Origin: Azolla caroliniana
Taxonomy: Eukaryota; Plantae; Polypodiophyta
Assembly (NCBI GenBank): GCA_043228905.1
Contig: JBHGNT010000031.1
Location: forward strand, 186,001-250,000
Length of the DNA: 64,000 bases
Reading direction: 5' to 3'
Of the stretch, positions 63,771 to 64,000 are shown one piece after another; positions within the stretch are counted from its first letter, which is position 1; every line of letters starts with the position of its first letter. The position numbers and the translations under genes were made by a program. The notes beneath the pieces were generated by a model. It saw only the letters and a list, made by a program, of their open reading frames with translations. It was not told the DNA's origin and ran no database searches.

Positions 63771-64000
63771 CTAAAGATAGGATTAAACACAAAAAAAGTA
63801 ATATAAACACACCTGCTGCTACTCCCCGATCTGGGAGACATCCTTGTATGGGACTCTAAGGACTTCACCTTATTCGATTTTGGGGAAATATGAATCGGCA
63901 CCAAAGTTCAGACAGTAGTCAAAAAGAAAAAACAAATGTTTGGGGTTTCTGTAACTGAAACATACCTGGATGATGATCGAGTAGGTTCTGTGTTGTAGCT

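Larger units (their letters stand above)
59661..63895 (-). pseudogene. Multi-exon cargo gene: unknown N-terminal domain, coiled-coil-like region, RING finger, acidic/basic tail
   Basis: Exons ~63895-63813, 62844-62163, 62079-61518 and 60196-59661 join in frame at GT-AG sites. RING CIAC..PCNHTYHLLC..C...C. Three TAA/TAG stops fall in the 62079 exon. Confidence 0.65.
53698..64000. mobile_element. Putative large Sola2-like DNA transposon with cargo genes (the other end lies outside the window)
   Basis: Abrupt junction with gypsy integrase, beginning GGGGGAAAGCATGCG. Contains a DFAENY-type transposase, and the same palindromic motif recurs from 53741 to 61500. Confidence 0.6.

Overview
This is eukaryotic, repeat-saturated DNA, most likely heterochromatin of a non-seed land plant (an inference from the element types). 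I found no conventional host gene. Bases 1-53,700 are a stack of nested, mostly decayed retroelements: several Ty1/copia elements (tRNA-Met PBS, 5-bp TSDs), Tcn1/sushi-type chromoviral Ty3/gypsy elements (apparently self-priming, with a tRNA-like A/B-box module in the LTR), non-chromoviral Phygy-like gypsy elements (tRNA-Trp PBS, 4-bp TSDs), solo LTRs and LINE fragments. From about 53,698 to the window end lies something different: a large (>10 kb) putative DNA transposon. It has a spliced Sola2-like DDD transposase on + and convergent multi-exon cargo genes on - (an FCP1/NIF-like pseudophosphatase and a RING-finger protein). Its large introns are filled almost entirely by tandem arrays of the perfect palindrome TAGCTAATTAGCTA or of telo-box (AAACCCTA) repeats. 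All family assignments come from motif recognition by eye, not from database searches.
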